Assembly: GCA_017499595.2 (NCBI GenBank)
Contig: CM039000.1
Coordinates: 2,542,001 to 2,606,000 of the forward strand
Source: Psilocybe cubensis
Taxonomy: Eukaryota
Direction of reading: 5' to 3'
Length of the DNA stretch: 64,000 nucleotides
Shown: positions 11,837 to 23,584 of the stretch, in pieces
Layout: the number at the start of each line of letters is the position of its first letter
Position numbering within the stretch: the first letter of the stretch is position 1
Program-made: the position numbers and the translations under genes
The notes under the pieces: generated by a model
What the model was told of the DNA's origin: nothing
Seen by the model: the letters and a program-made list of their open reading frames with translations, nothing else
Databases searched by the model: none

Positions 11837-13080
11837 ATGTACAAGGCAGTGATTTTTGATGTGAGTTTCGATGGATTTATGAAGCAAACAATCATAGTAG
11901 AGACTGAGCAGTGTCTAGATAGGGGGTGTAGTTATGCGTAGCCCATTTATCGCAATTGCAGCATATGAACGGAAAATGGGACTTCCCGTAAACTATATAA
12001 ACTGTTCAATGTGTGTTCAGTATACTAGAAACGTTTTCGGTCCACTGAGAATTTTAATAGAACAGGTCGTGGGGCGAACGGCGCATGGCAAAAATTTGAA
12101 CGAGGGGAAATGGACCTACTTTCATTCTATCAAGAGTTCAGCAATGATTTGTCTGATACTGTCAACGGGAATATATGGTCTGTTACGGGAGATTACAATT
12201 CCACTTAAGCTGACTGGAACTCAGGTACAAATCATACTGCGATCGTAAGGGCTTGCGTGAGTTGCAAGCCATCTGACGTCAAAGCCGAAATATTGAAAAA
12301 TGTTTCACAGCATGCCCACCACTGCCAACAAGTTTAAGTATAAACGGTCGCGAGGTATGTAGCATTGACTGGAATGAGAATTCAGACTGATGGACCGAAC
12401 AGTTATTTGGCGCTATGATGCACGAGGCACAGCAGTACGATCCACATATACGTCAAGCCATTTTGCATCTTAGAGGCGAGTAAGAGTCAGTTGTTACGTC
12501 GACAATTTCACTCAACATGTGTTCCATCATTATTCAGCCGCAGGAAAACATAAGATAATTGCGTTGACCAATAACTTCGCCAAAGTCGATGTACCGGCAG
12601 ATGAACTCGAGTATCTGGGTTGGGGCGACGGGGCCACACCCAGTCATCTTTTATCTTTGTTCGACGATTTTTGCGATAGCAGCACTCTTGGAATGAGGTC
12701 GACTTTTGCACCATATTATAAGTCTTTGCTGACATAGACTTTCCTGCAGGAAACCCGAGCCCGAGTTTTATTTATTGGCTTGTAGGCGCAATGGAGTCAA
12801 GCCGTTTGAAGCAGTCTTTTTGGATGATATTGGCCTGTAAGTTGAAAATGGCACAGAAATTTGGATGCCAATTTGTGAATATCTATGAATAACAGGAACC
12901 TGAAAGCCGCTAGAGAATTAGGCATTGATACAATTCGTGAGTCCTTTTCAAAATACCAAGGTATCTCCTGATGTATCCATTGCAGAGGTTGTGATTGGTA
13001 AAACATTGGATGCGGTGAAGGAGCTCGAGCGAAAAGTTGGATTAGATCTTACAAGCCCCTTCATAGATTCTAAACTTTGA
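11837..13080 (+). CDS. HAD-superfamily hydrolase (epoxide-hydrolase N-terminal/ACAD10-like phosphatase domain), PTS1 -SKL
   Basis: MYKAVIFD|IGGVV (motif I), ALTNN (II), RKPEP (III), VFLDDIG..NL (IV). Ends ...IDSKL-TGA. Confidence 0.88.
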
Positions 13081-13208
13081 TGCATTGTAGTCAGCCCATC
13101 TACAGTGATATGTGAGATACCCAGGTGTCCAAGGTATAAATACGATTTCGAAAGTGTCGGGAATCTTGGTATTCTATCCACTAGAAAGGTGTAAAACCAT
13201 AGACTAGT

Positions 13209-13586
13209 TTAAACGGATTTGTCGGAAGCTGGAGTTTTGTCCTCATAGTATGAACCCAACTGTAAATGAGAAATGCATGAAGATGTGATGAATGACTATT
13301 TGAAGAAAAGCACATACCACAGGGACCTTTTCCAAGACCTCACGGCGGACAAGGGGCGTCACCGACAAAAGCTAAGAAAGGATGAGCGAAGAGAAATGAG
13401 AAAGGAAGATGGCGCCTCACAAGTAAAGCAGCGGCACCAGCACTAGCTCCCCAGATACCAAGGCTAGTTGACCATCGTTTGGTAACCTAAGTAAAATGAT
13501 TGAGCGATCATCCAGAAAGAGTAGTTCTGACATACGTTGATGGTGGCAGCAATGGGAGATTGTCTATGAAGGACAAGGCGAGCCAT
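13209..13586 (-). CDS. QCR10: Cytochrome b-c1 complex subunit 10 (4 small exons, not in ORF track)
   Basis: Spliced product MARLVLHRQSPIAATINVTKRWSTSLGIWGASAGAAALLLLSVTPLVRREVLEKVPVLGSYYEDKTPASDKSV. Single TM with WG..AG and the P.VRREVL.KVP.LG.YY.DK.P.SD signature; canonical introns. Confidence 0.85.
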
Positions 13587-13855
13587 CGTATATAATGTAA
13601 AGAGCGGTTTGAGTTCGTTGAAAGGTTGAGCTGAACGCGGAGGACGGCGGAAACAGCTTTCCGGAGAATGCCGGACAATTTTGACCAGTGAGGTTAGGGG
13701 TACAAATTATTTCAGCACTGCGACGACCTTGCTGGAAAGTAAGCTCAATACTTTTAGACTGTACCCATTTATCGTCCTTCTAGTCCACGACAGCCAGCCA
13801 ACAGATATACCTATCTTTTCCACTTCTTTTCGGTGTACTTTCAGAGCAATTATCA

Positions 13856-14957
13856 ATGGCGAATCCTCGACAACGTCGCAAACAACGCTCTTCCTCCCAC
13901 AGAGCTGTTTCTCACTCACGGCATGCAAAAAGGAATCTGAAGAAAACACCCCGTATGATTTATTTTCTATGTCCTTGACGACTTTAAATTGACAATGCTG
14001 ACTAGCCATTCGTGGTCCTAAGGCATTGCAAGACGCATGGGATAAGACAAAAACAGTCCGCCAAAAGTTAGTTCATCTTTTGTTATCGGATGATTGTTCC
14101 TTGATCTCAATGTGTCTTCATTAGTTATGCACAACTTGGATTAGTTGTTACCCTAGACCCATTAGCGAGTGGCGGGATTGAGAAGCCGCTTGGACGAGAA
14201 TCTGCTTCTATGGACACTACTCATGATTATGAGCCTGTCGCATCGACATCGACTGCGCCTACCTCCCAACCAAATGTACCAGTCGGATTTGGTAGAATCA
14301 AGAGGGATGCTGACGGAACTATACTGGGATTCGAATTGAACGAGAGTGTACAAGAAGAGGCCACCCCAAAGACCCGTGATTTGGAAGAAGAACTTGAATC
14401 GCGCATGGACCAGGACGTACGTCAAAAATGGTCGACTCATTTTTCATCTCAAATCGGTCAAAGAGATGAAAATCTGATAAAGAGTGAGTACTTGCTGCTT
14501 CCTATTTTTCTTTCCGACCTCCGTCGTCATATCTCCTGCTATAAAATTAGTGAATTTTTGGAGCTATGTCATAATTGATTGCTGTGCTTCTTTTACTTGA
14601 TTATGTTTTCCGAATGCGCGCTTTCGGCGGATTGACAAGCGGACGGACACACGTTATCGCAATGTTCTTGTCCTACGATCGGCATAGTATGAATTTTATT
14701 GTTAACATGACTCTTGTTGTATTTCTTTTTCGACAGGTTTAGAGGAAATATCAGGGCGAGCGACAGGGACCACCACACTATCTATTCCTATATCCGGGGC
14801 GGGACATCGACACGCGTCTTCTGGGGAACTAAAATATTTGCAGCCTCTGATAGCAAAATACGGCGACAAAGTCGAGTCAATGGCCAACGATCTGAAACTG
14901 AATCCCGAACAAAGAACAGCCGGGCAGCTGAGGAGGGCGTTACGAAAGTTGCAGTAG
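13856..14957 (+). CDS. NOP16: Nucleolar protein 16 (60S biogenesis)
   Basis: MANPRQRRK start, WDKTKTVRQNYAQLGL, C-terminal KYGDKVESMANDLKLNPEQRTAGQLRRAL. Stop TAG at 14955-14957. Confidence 0.9.
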
Positions 14958-15652
14958 TTTAGAAGAAGAAAGTTGGTTTAGACGATACGTACTTGTCGAT
15001 CGACAAATAGATATTTACATATTTGAGGTGCAGATTATTACATGGAATGAGGGGGTGGAATGGGTTGGGTGGGAAATTGGAAGCTAGAATAGCAATTGTT
15101 GATCAGCGTGTGTGCAATTCTTTCATTTATGTTCTAGCGGGTTTTGAAGAAAGTTGGGTGAAAGACCAGATAAGGTTCAAGATATGACAAGGAGGAGAGG
15201 GCGCCAAATTGTGGGGACAGTGTGCCGAGATTCGTGCAGGCGGTGGTTGATTGGAAGCGGAAGATCGGGTGGTCGGAGGTAGGATGTTGAGCCAATGGGC
15301 AGCGAGGCCGGAGTATGCCGTCCACTCAGGATTTCTGCAGGGTTCTGTCATTGTGGGATCTCCCTAATTAAAATAAAGTACTGCCACCGGGTCCTCCAAG
15401 ATCTTTGCCGGCGACTAAGCATCCTCGAGGAAAGACACCCAAACTGGCAGATGTCTTTTCTTCTGATATATATTCAATCCAAACCTTCTTCCAACATGTA
15501 GATCTCCTCTGTCTCTCCAGATCCGTTCCATTCGTCCTTTTGCATTCGCGAAGTCAACTTCACTTCTGCTTCGATTTACACCTCTTCTCATGTTGCTCCT
15601 CTAATTGGCCTCTATAAAACAAACACCCGTACTACTCTTTTTCTCGTCTATC

Positions 15653-18609
15653 ATGTCCCCCCGCGGCCCTGCCTCCGCCACCTCCCCGACAACCCGTACC
15701 TCTTCGACTCCCTATTCTCGTCGATCTGCGAGTCAGCCCAAGTCCTCTCGCCAGCAGTTTTCCGCGTGTGGCGCATGTCGCATGCGAAGGTGCGTTTTTA
15801 TCATATCATTAGTTCCATTCTAGTTAATCCAGTCCCCCCCTTAGAGTTCGTTGTGATCTTAAGGATTTGCCTGTAGGTTTTGTGGGTCCCCATCCCGCCT
15901 GTTCAAACTGCAAAGAGCGCGGAATAAAATGCGTGTTAGTCATATCCTCGTCTTTGTGTCCTGTTCTCATCGTGACGTCGTTTGTTCAGCGACGAATTCG
16001 CCGATGTAAAAGCAGTCAAATTACTCAGACGCGGTCGTCGTCTTCAGCAAGTCGAGTGGGTTCCATTTCACACCGTTCCGATCGTGTCACTAACCCCATA
16101 CCAGGGCAATCTACGGCAAAGTAGCTGACCAGGATGATAGCTCATCTGGAGGCCTCAATAGACCACTTAGCATTCCTACTCTACACATCGACTTTTTTGC
16201 TTCGCCGTTCTGGCGCTGGCTCACCATTCAACGTATTTCCTAATCCCTTTCTCGTCATCCCATTTATGCTTATCACAATTATATCCAGGTCCCATCTTGG
16301 ACAGCCATGAGTTCCTATCAAGATTTACTGCACACATGAAAGGTACTCAGCCTTTGACGAGCGAAGGTGGCCTAATTGCCATGCTGCTTGTTACTTGGGC
16401 CGCTTCAGTTGGGTTAAATGAAAGGGGACTGCCCGAAGACGACACTGTCACTGACGATCAATCTACACTCGGAGGCGGATCTCCTTTGGAGGGTTCTTCC
16501 AGTCGCCCGGCGGCAAGTGGAAAGTATCAGCCGCCCGGAAGCAGGCGCAGGGAATGGAAAACCAAGACGGAATCATACATCCGTGAACTATTAGAACTCA
16601 TAGATCTTCATGGTATTCTTCGACGACCCTCTTTGGACGGCGTTCGTGCTCTTTTACTGCTCTTGCCTCTCCTGGATGGTAGGTGAACACGGTTAACTGT
16701 ATTGCACCTTTACTCACGTTATCTTAAGAGGCTCAGCCATTAGAGAGGCTTGCAATTTCTGAGGCAACCTTCTCTCACATTCAGGCCTTATGCGTTATTG
16801 CGCCATCTCCGCCTTTTGCATACGAAGAGGCGACCGCTCGTGCTCGTCTCTTCTGGTATGCTTATACCCATGAAGGTCTAACGACAGGTATACGAGGGGG
16901 ACGCTTTGTTCTGTAAGTCGACCCTCCACATTCCTGTCGTCACCTCTTTCATACTTATTATAAATTTAGAAATAGTGATGATCTGGAGGCATTCCAACGA
17001 ACCTTGCCTATGAACAACAATACAGGACATTCTGGGCTAAACTCCCCGATCTCCGGTCCTTTAGATGGCATCGATCCATACCACTTGCAAGACTCGGCGG
17101 CGTTCAATGGGCAGGAATCCCCTGCACGGAGAACACTCATGCAGCTAATGCATTCCAGTGCTGCCCCTCTGGACCTCAGCAACCTTTGTCGGAAAATTCA
17201 CACAGTTCTAACTGGTGTAAAAGCCACGCGAAGGACAGAAGAACACGGCGTTATCGATGCTGATGGGATGCGTGACATCTGGAGAGGTCTTGATCGATGC
17301 TGGCAAGAGCTCGAGGTCATGAAACAACAAATATCCGAGCAGGATAATCTCATGAGACGCCTGGAAATTAATCAATACGTTAGTGCATGGCAGGTAAGTC
17401 AAATAATTTTTCAGACGAGCTCGATAAATTAACATTTTGTATCAAACAGATCTTCATCTTCGAATGTCGTAAGTACCGTACATTGATTTCCAACCCATCT
17501 CCCTGACATACTCTATTTAAGACAATGTCATACGAGAGTCCCTTAAAGGATCTTTGTCAAGCTCTTCCGCTCCCGGACTTTATGACCCATCCTCTTCTCG
17601 ACCTTCTTCCCATTCTTCCAATTCATCACCCTACCTTTCCCCCCACCAACTTCACTTCACTGCCAATCGGAAGTGCCTACAACTCCTACCTCAGATAATC
17701 AATTTAATCCGCACTCATACACCCAGGGAACACAGCGACGTTCCCTCCATTTTCAGATGGGATGCTGGTCTCGTTAGGGACGGATGTTTCTTCGCTGCCT
17801 ACCTTGTGGCTAACCTCGAAGGAGATTTTGTGGACGGTGGGTCAGAAGACGAGAAACCAAAATTCATCGATTTGACGGTGGACGAGGGGGTTTCTATCTG
17901 TCTCACTGCCCTGGCCACTATGAGATGGGGTTATTCAAAAAGCGAGGAACGGGAGGAAACCATCAAAATGATATGGGAAGGTCGCAAACAAAGGCGCCAA
18001 GGCCGATCTCATCATGTCCCTCTCTACGACTCCGATTATCCCCAGCCAATGGCGTTGTCCGGACCCAACGTGCATCTTAGCTTGTCACCGAGCCCCAGCA
18101 TGGCTGGATCCTCGCTAGATGGACGACCGATACTCCGGCCTCTGACATTATACCCTCCCCAACGCCGGGTCGAGTCTGCCCCATCTACAGCTTGTAGTAC
18201 TGATGATCGAGGATCGAATGCATGGCCATCGTATACGCCACCTGGGACCTCGACATCCGTAGACACTAGCACGGGAACTGGATTTAGCAGGAGAGGATCA
18301 CCAGTATTCTCCAACATGAGCGGCTTCAAATCAGCCGACGATATGTTCTATCATGGTGTCACAGATGTGGATCAGTTCAGCTATAATGTTCCCGTTTCGA
18401 CGCCAATGATTCGCAATACATCTTCCATGGTGAATGGGGGCTATGGCCATCGCCACTCGCCCATCGACTCGCAAGCGTTGGTGGCCTCAACAGGCTCAAA
18501 CTACACGGTAACCACCCCGTTTAATGCAACCTATACCTCTATTCTTACGCAACTTGATTTTTCGTCATGTATTCAGTTCGGCGAAAACTGCAATGCTGGT
18601 TATCATTGA
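15653..18609 (+). CDS. Zn(II)2Cys6 fungal transcription factor
   Basis: CGACRMRR|VRCD...CSNCKERGIKC binuclear cluster; middle region with RARLFWYAY; Ser/Pro-rich tail. Confidence 0.9.
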
Positions 18610-19281
18610 GATGATTATATGCATAAGCATATGTTTTTATATGTATATGTTACTCTCTGGTGCGGTTCTGCCCTCAGGCGTTGTCACTGGCCCACGTAAT
18701 TATTTGCTCTCATCTATCTCGCATTTGATTCAAGTCATGAAGTTCTGTTAATACATGTCGGACGTTATAGTAGTTGTAGATTAGGCTGTAAAATTATGGA
18801 TTTTTTCTTTTTGCTTTACAAATTTGAAAAAAAAATCTAACGGTGGGACACCAAGCATTTGATGAGTCGTTCAACGTCTGCAGCTCCGCTAGTCAGAACT
18901 TGGAAGAAACCATGGAACCTATAAATGGAATGCTGTTTTCCACTGTTCCTCTTTTGGACACAGTGGCGTATCTATACACACGACCAAATAAAGTACATCG
19001 GGGGTTGTGACGTCACGTGCATGACATCGCGATCTTGATTTCTGATTCCTAGGATCCGAAGGTGAATCCCGCCGGCCTGGAGGTGCAAACGCGTCAATCT
19101 AGCACTCCAATCAAGGTTCTTGTGAGTGCGTTCCACATCTTGTCCGCGCAAGCATATCGGTGAGTTGTCAGCGTTTGTCCTTTTACAGTGCTCCAGTTTC
19201 GAAGGTTTATTGAATCCAGTCTGTCGTTCGATTCACAAAGTTGCGAACCGCCGTCGCAGAAGCGTGTTCAAGACAGCGGCA

Positions 19282-19818
19282 ATGTGCATTCCAATCATTT
19301 GTAAATTATGGTTCTCTCTATCATGCAACGAGTATTAAAGTTGCCTTTTTGCAGTTGGATGTCCAACCCATATAAAGCCTGAAGGAGATGAAGGCCTGCG
19401 CCTATGCCCTCGATGCCATAATGGTAAGTAACTTTGACTACTATGAGACTCTTTGTGGCTTGAATGCATGTCGCCGTGCTTTTACAGTCATCACTTACGA
19501 AACTTTTAATTCCCAGTGACGGTCCTTCGTGCAAGGAAAAGCACTTGGTTTGAGCTTTTCTGGGTGCCCCTCATTCCCGTCTCCAGAAAGCACATTTTGG
19601 TATGTGGCACATGTCAATGGAACCAGGATATACCCAAAGGGTGAGCACTACTTGACGTGATTCCTGGTGCACACTACAAGATATCCACTACTGAGCATGG
19701 TAGGGGTCAAGCCGAAGCAATGCCCAGCGGGGCAGCACAAACAACATCGATAACAGCATCAACTAATCGTCCTGGATATCAGCCAGAATATATTGGGCAA
19801 ACTATGCCCAAAGTTTGA
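19282..19818 (+). CDS. Small zinc-ribbon protein (UPF0768/YBL029C-A-like), paralog A, not in ORF track
   Basis: Exons 19282-19300, 19355-19423, 19517-19640, 19704-19818 give MCIPIIFGCPTHIKPEGDEGLRLCPRCHNVTVLRARKSTWFELFWVPLIPVSRKHILVCGTCQW...; two CxxC pairs; all introns GT-AG. Confidence 0.85.
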
Positions 19819-20268
19819 GCTTGCAACTCTGTTTTCCAATATGTTGTACATTTATCGACATAGCGGCAATGACGTCACATTCGAAATACGATTTGTGGAC
19901 CAACGAACGAGTCCTTTCTATTCAAGTGTAATAACTAAACGATCTACTTTCTTCCTGTACCCATTCTATTATCAAACAGTCGAAATAGCATTCAAAGTTT
20001 CTTTCCAAGTTGTGCCCAAGATTTGCAAGTGCAGCGCTCATATCACATGTCTAAGCCCCTATCTTGTCTCAATGACACCCGGCGCCAAGTGTCCGCAGTC
20101 TCTTGAATCACAGCCTCTCAGTTTCACTTTCACTTCGTTTACTTACCACGTTGCATTCACGAGGACCTTTGCCCGAGTCCGATTTTTTCAATCAGCTCTG
20201 AGTTGATAATTCAACGCAACACAGCTAGACTTTCGCATCAGTCAAACCTTTCCCGCCCGTAGAGCATC

Positions 20269-20890
20269 ATGGATTTCTTTTGTACGTTTGTATGCTTTAA
20301 TATTGACAGGATCGTACTTACCGGCCTTTAGTTTGCATCCCTATGATATGTATGTAATCGAATGCCTGCAATCATGGGGTGAGGCTCATGTTGACACACA
20401 CTCAATCAGTTGGTTGTACTACCAAAATCTCACCAGAGGGAGATCAGACAGCTCGAATATGCCCTAATTGTCATAACGGTGAGGGCGGTTGGTAGTACGA
20501 ATGAATTATGAACTAATGTTGCGTAAAATGTATAGCTGCTGTAGCTAGCGCAAAGTCCAAAGAATACTTTGAATTCTGTTTTGTTCCGTTGATACCTATG
20601 TCAAGCAAACACATATGGCGATGTTCAATTTGCCAATGGGCCTCTCCTATACAAGCAGGAGGGTGAGCGTATAGTCGGCAGAATGGCATCATGAATACTG
20701 AAATCTATCTCTTTTTCCTTTCAGATATGAGCCTCCGCCAGTAACGAGTGTACCAATGCAGCCAGGAGGGTATTATCCACCGCAGCCCCCACCGGTTTGG
20801 CAAGGGCCCCCACAGAATTATTCACCGGGCCCCGGGGCTCCTGGAGGCCCCGTTTATCCAGGTCAATACCAGAAACCTCAAGGCTACTAG
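20269..20890 (+). CDS. Small zinc-ribbon protein (UPF0768/YBL029C-A-like), paralog B with Pro/Tyr/Gln tail, not in ORF track
   Basis: Spliced MDFFFCIPMIFGCTTKISPEGDQTARICPNCHNAAVASAKSKEYFEFCFVPLIPMSSKHIWRCSICQW...YEPPP...YYPPQPPP...GY. Stop at 20888-20890. Confidence 0.88.
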
Positions 20891-21189
20891 GAGTCCCAGT
20901 TTGACGTCTATGGACATCAGCCTCTATCTTGTTACTAGATTTCAAAGCGTTGATTTACCGTTAATTTGTCTTTTTTAATATTATCTTCGGCACTGAAAGA
21001 AATGGAATTTGTGAGAATCATGACAAAAAAGAATGGAATTGGCCGGATAAGGGCACGGCACGTGTACGGCAGTGCTACCTTGTCAGTTGGTTGTTGACGC
21101 AGCCACTTCAGCTTTCCTCCACCTTCTATTCTAACTACCTTCACCAGTTTCATAGCCTTTTGTCTTTCTCCCAATCCCCTCCTCTCATC

Positions 21190-22252
21190 ATGCATACAAG
21201 CGAATACGACTACCTCTTCAAGCTTCTCCTCATTGGCGACTCCGGTGTTGGCAAGGTGCGACATGTGTTCTATTTTATGTCCCACCCATTTCTGACCTCT
21301 CCTCCCAGTCTTGTCTGCTTTTGCGTTTCGCAGACGACACCTACACCGAGAGCTATATCAGCACCATTGGAGTGGATTTCAAGATTCGTACCATTGAGTT
21401 GGAGGGCAAGACCGTGAAGCTTCAGATCGTGAGTCGCCGTTCCTACAACTCCCCATGCTTCACATACTTGGCCAAAGCGTCCGCATGATTGGCTGTGTTT
21501 TCTACCCTTCGACAGACTCCGCATTTCTCTATTGCTGTGTTGGCGCAGAAGCAGTCACATTGTTCATTATGCTAACTTTTTGTCCCTTTTTCCCAGTGGG
21601 ATACAGCGGGTGAGATATCAAAGCACTATGGCGCCATCCCATATTCTGACTTGTGATGACTATTAAGGCCAGGAGCGTTTCCGAACTATCACTTCCTCGT
21701 ACTACCGTGGTGCCCATGGTATCATTGTTGTTTACGATGTGACCGACAATGGTAAGCCCTGCCCCCCAATGGCCTTGCCACAACTTTGTATGACTCATTG
21801 TTCCTTTATTAGATACCTTCACCAATGTTAAGCAATGGCTTCAGGAAATTGACAGATATGCTTCCGAGGGTGTCAACAAACTGCTTGTGGGCAACAAGTC
21901 CGATTTGACCAGCAAGAAAGTGGTTGAATACAGCGTTGCAAAGGTCCGGTTTCAATGGAGGGCACCATAGCTGCATATACTGACGTGCGTCCTGCAGGAA
22001 TTCGCCGACCAGCTAAACATTCCGTTCCTTGAGACCTCCGCTAAGAACGCAACCAATGTGGAGCAGGCTTTCTTGACTATGGCGAAGCAGATCAAGGACC
22101 GGTAAGGTTTTAACCATGGCTATACTCTATGCCGCTAATGAGAATCTTTCAACAGCATGGGGTCTACCTCGACACCTTCAGGGGCTGCTAAATCTTCAAC
22201 AGTTACCCCTGGACAAACGGTGCAATCCCAGCAGTCCAGTGGCTGCTGCTAA
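21190..22252 (+). CDS. YPT1: Rab1 family GTPase
   Basis: [47 protein letters not shown] and a terminal CC prenylation motif. Confidence 0.97.
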
Positions 22253-22896
22253 GCAATTTCACCGAGCCAGGTGCCAGTCATCCTTTCATATTTTCTCTGC
22301 AATGCGTGGAAGCCTTTATTGAGGAGCTCCGCCTTTACATATATCGCCTTTACGTATACACCTGCTACCCCTATTGGACTCGTCCCTTCCATCTACGTGT
22401 TGTCTTTTCCTTGTTTGATATTACACTTTTCACCGTCGGAGGTTATGTGCTTGAACGAAAGGTCAGAAACAGGTCGTTTTAGTTTCAAACGTGCTGTGGA
22501 TACGATTACTGTCTATGGCTCTATATTTCCATAATCCCGTACTAGTTGTAACTTGAGTTTGTTACGATTAATGAGTCAATGACCATGCATTTTAGCAGTT
22601 TGTCTTATATCGCGCTGTGCGTAACTACATCTCATTCATTCCGGATTAACACTGCGGACTTGCGTATTGTTACTGACTGACAACCTCGCTGAGCATTGCG
22701 GCCTGAAAGACTCTGTGTCTGCTTATTGCCAATTATAGCAATCCCAGAGCAGACGGGCCGCGCCGTGACTTTTTCCAGAATTGATTTCTCTCTGTTCTAC
22801 CCTTTGCCTCATTTCATTCCTCATTCATTAACCATGTAAGCCTTCTCGGATTTGCAATAAAATCTACCCTGAGCAGTTTCTTTGTTTTTGTAGCCT

Positions 22897-23361
22897 ATGT
22901 TCTCTCTAGCTCGCAGACAAGTTGCCTCGCAACTAACACGAACCAGCGCGAACCGATCGTTCTCGGAGGCAGCAGCTAGTACCTCAAATGAGTTGGCGTC
23001 AACGTCGTCAACACTTCCTCCTTCAAAACCTGCGACTCTTCCTTACTACGTGCCGCGTAATACAAGAGGTAACCTGCCCGTATATACGGATGTGCGCAAC
23101 GCGGGAGGTCGCCACCTAATTCTAATCCGCAACATCGAAGGAAACACCGGTGTATCTGCTTTTCATTTTTATTATTATACCTCGTTCTGACTTGACTGCT
23201 TTAAGTTACTCGCAAGAGACATTTCGGAATCACTTTTCGAGAAAGATACGTACGAGGCTTCGCGGCTGAAAGTCCAGATAACGCAAAACAAGCACCTTAT
23301 TCTCTCGGGTGGTCACTGGAAAAACCATGTCATTGAGTGGTTGAGGAGCAAAGGATTCTGA
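22897..23361 (+). CDS. IMG2: Mitochondrial ribosomal protein mL49
   Basis: Arg/Ser-rich presequence; YYVPRNTRGNLPVYTD, IRNIEGN; C-terminal WLRSKGF. Confidence 0.88.
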
Positions 23362-23584
23362 GAGCACAGTTTTTCTTTTGTAACGGCATGCAACAGTATG
23401 GGTCAATTCTATATGATATTTTATTCCATACCCACTTCTAGCCAAGACCTCGGTCGTAGAGGCGAAAGGCCATATTACCTTGAAGATTCAACACCCTTTT
23501 ATGGCAACCCTGGCAATTAAGGGCGGAGATGGGGGAGAACGCGTTTAACTACAAGTACATGAAAATAAGATATAATACAAGATG

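Noticed and set aside
1927-18609. MFS transporter, adenylate-forming enzyme and Zn2Cys6 factor as a secondary-metabolite cluster
   Set aside because: The adenylating enzyme is a fatty acyl-CoA synthetase, there is no PKS, NRPS or terpene synthase, and core housekeeping genes are interspersed.
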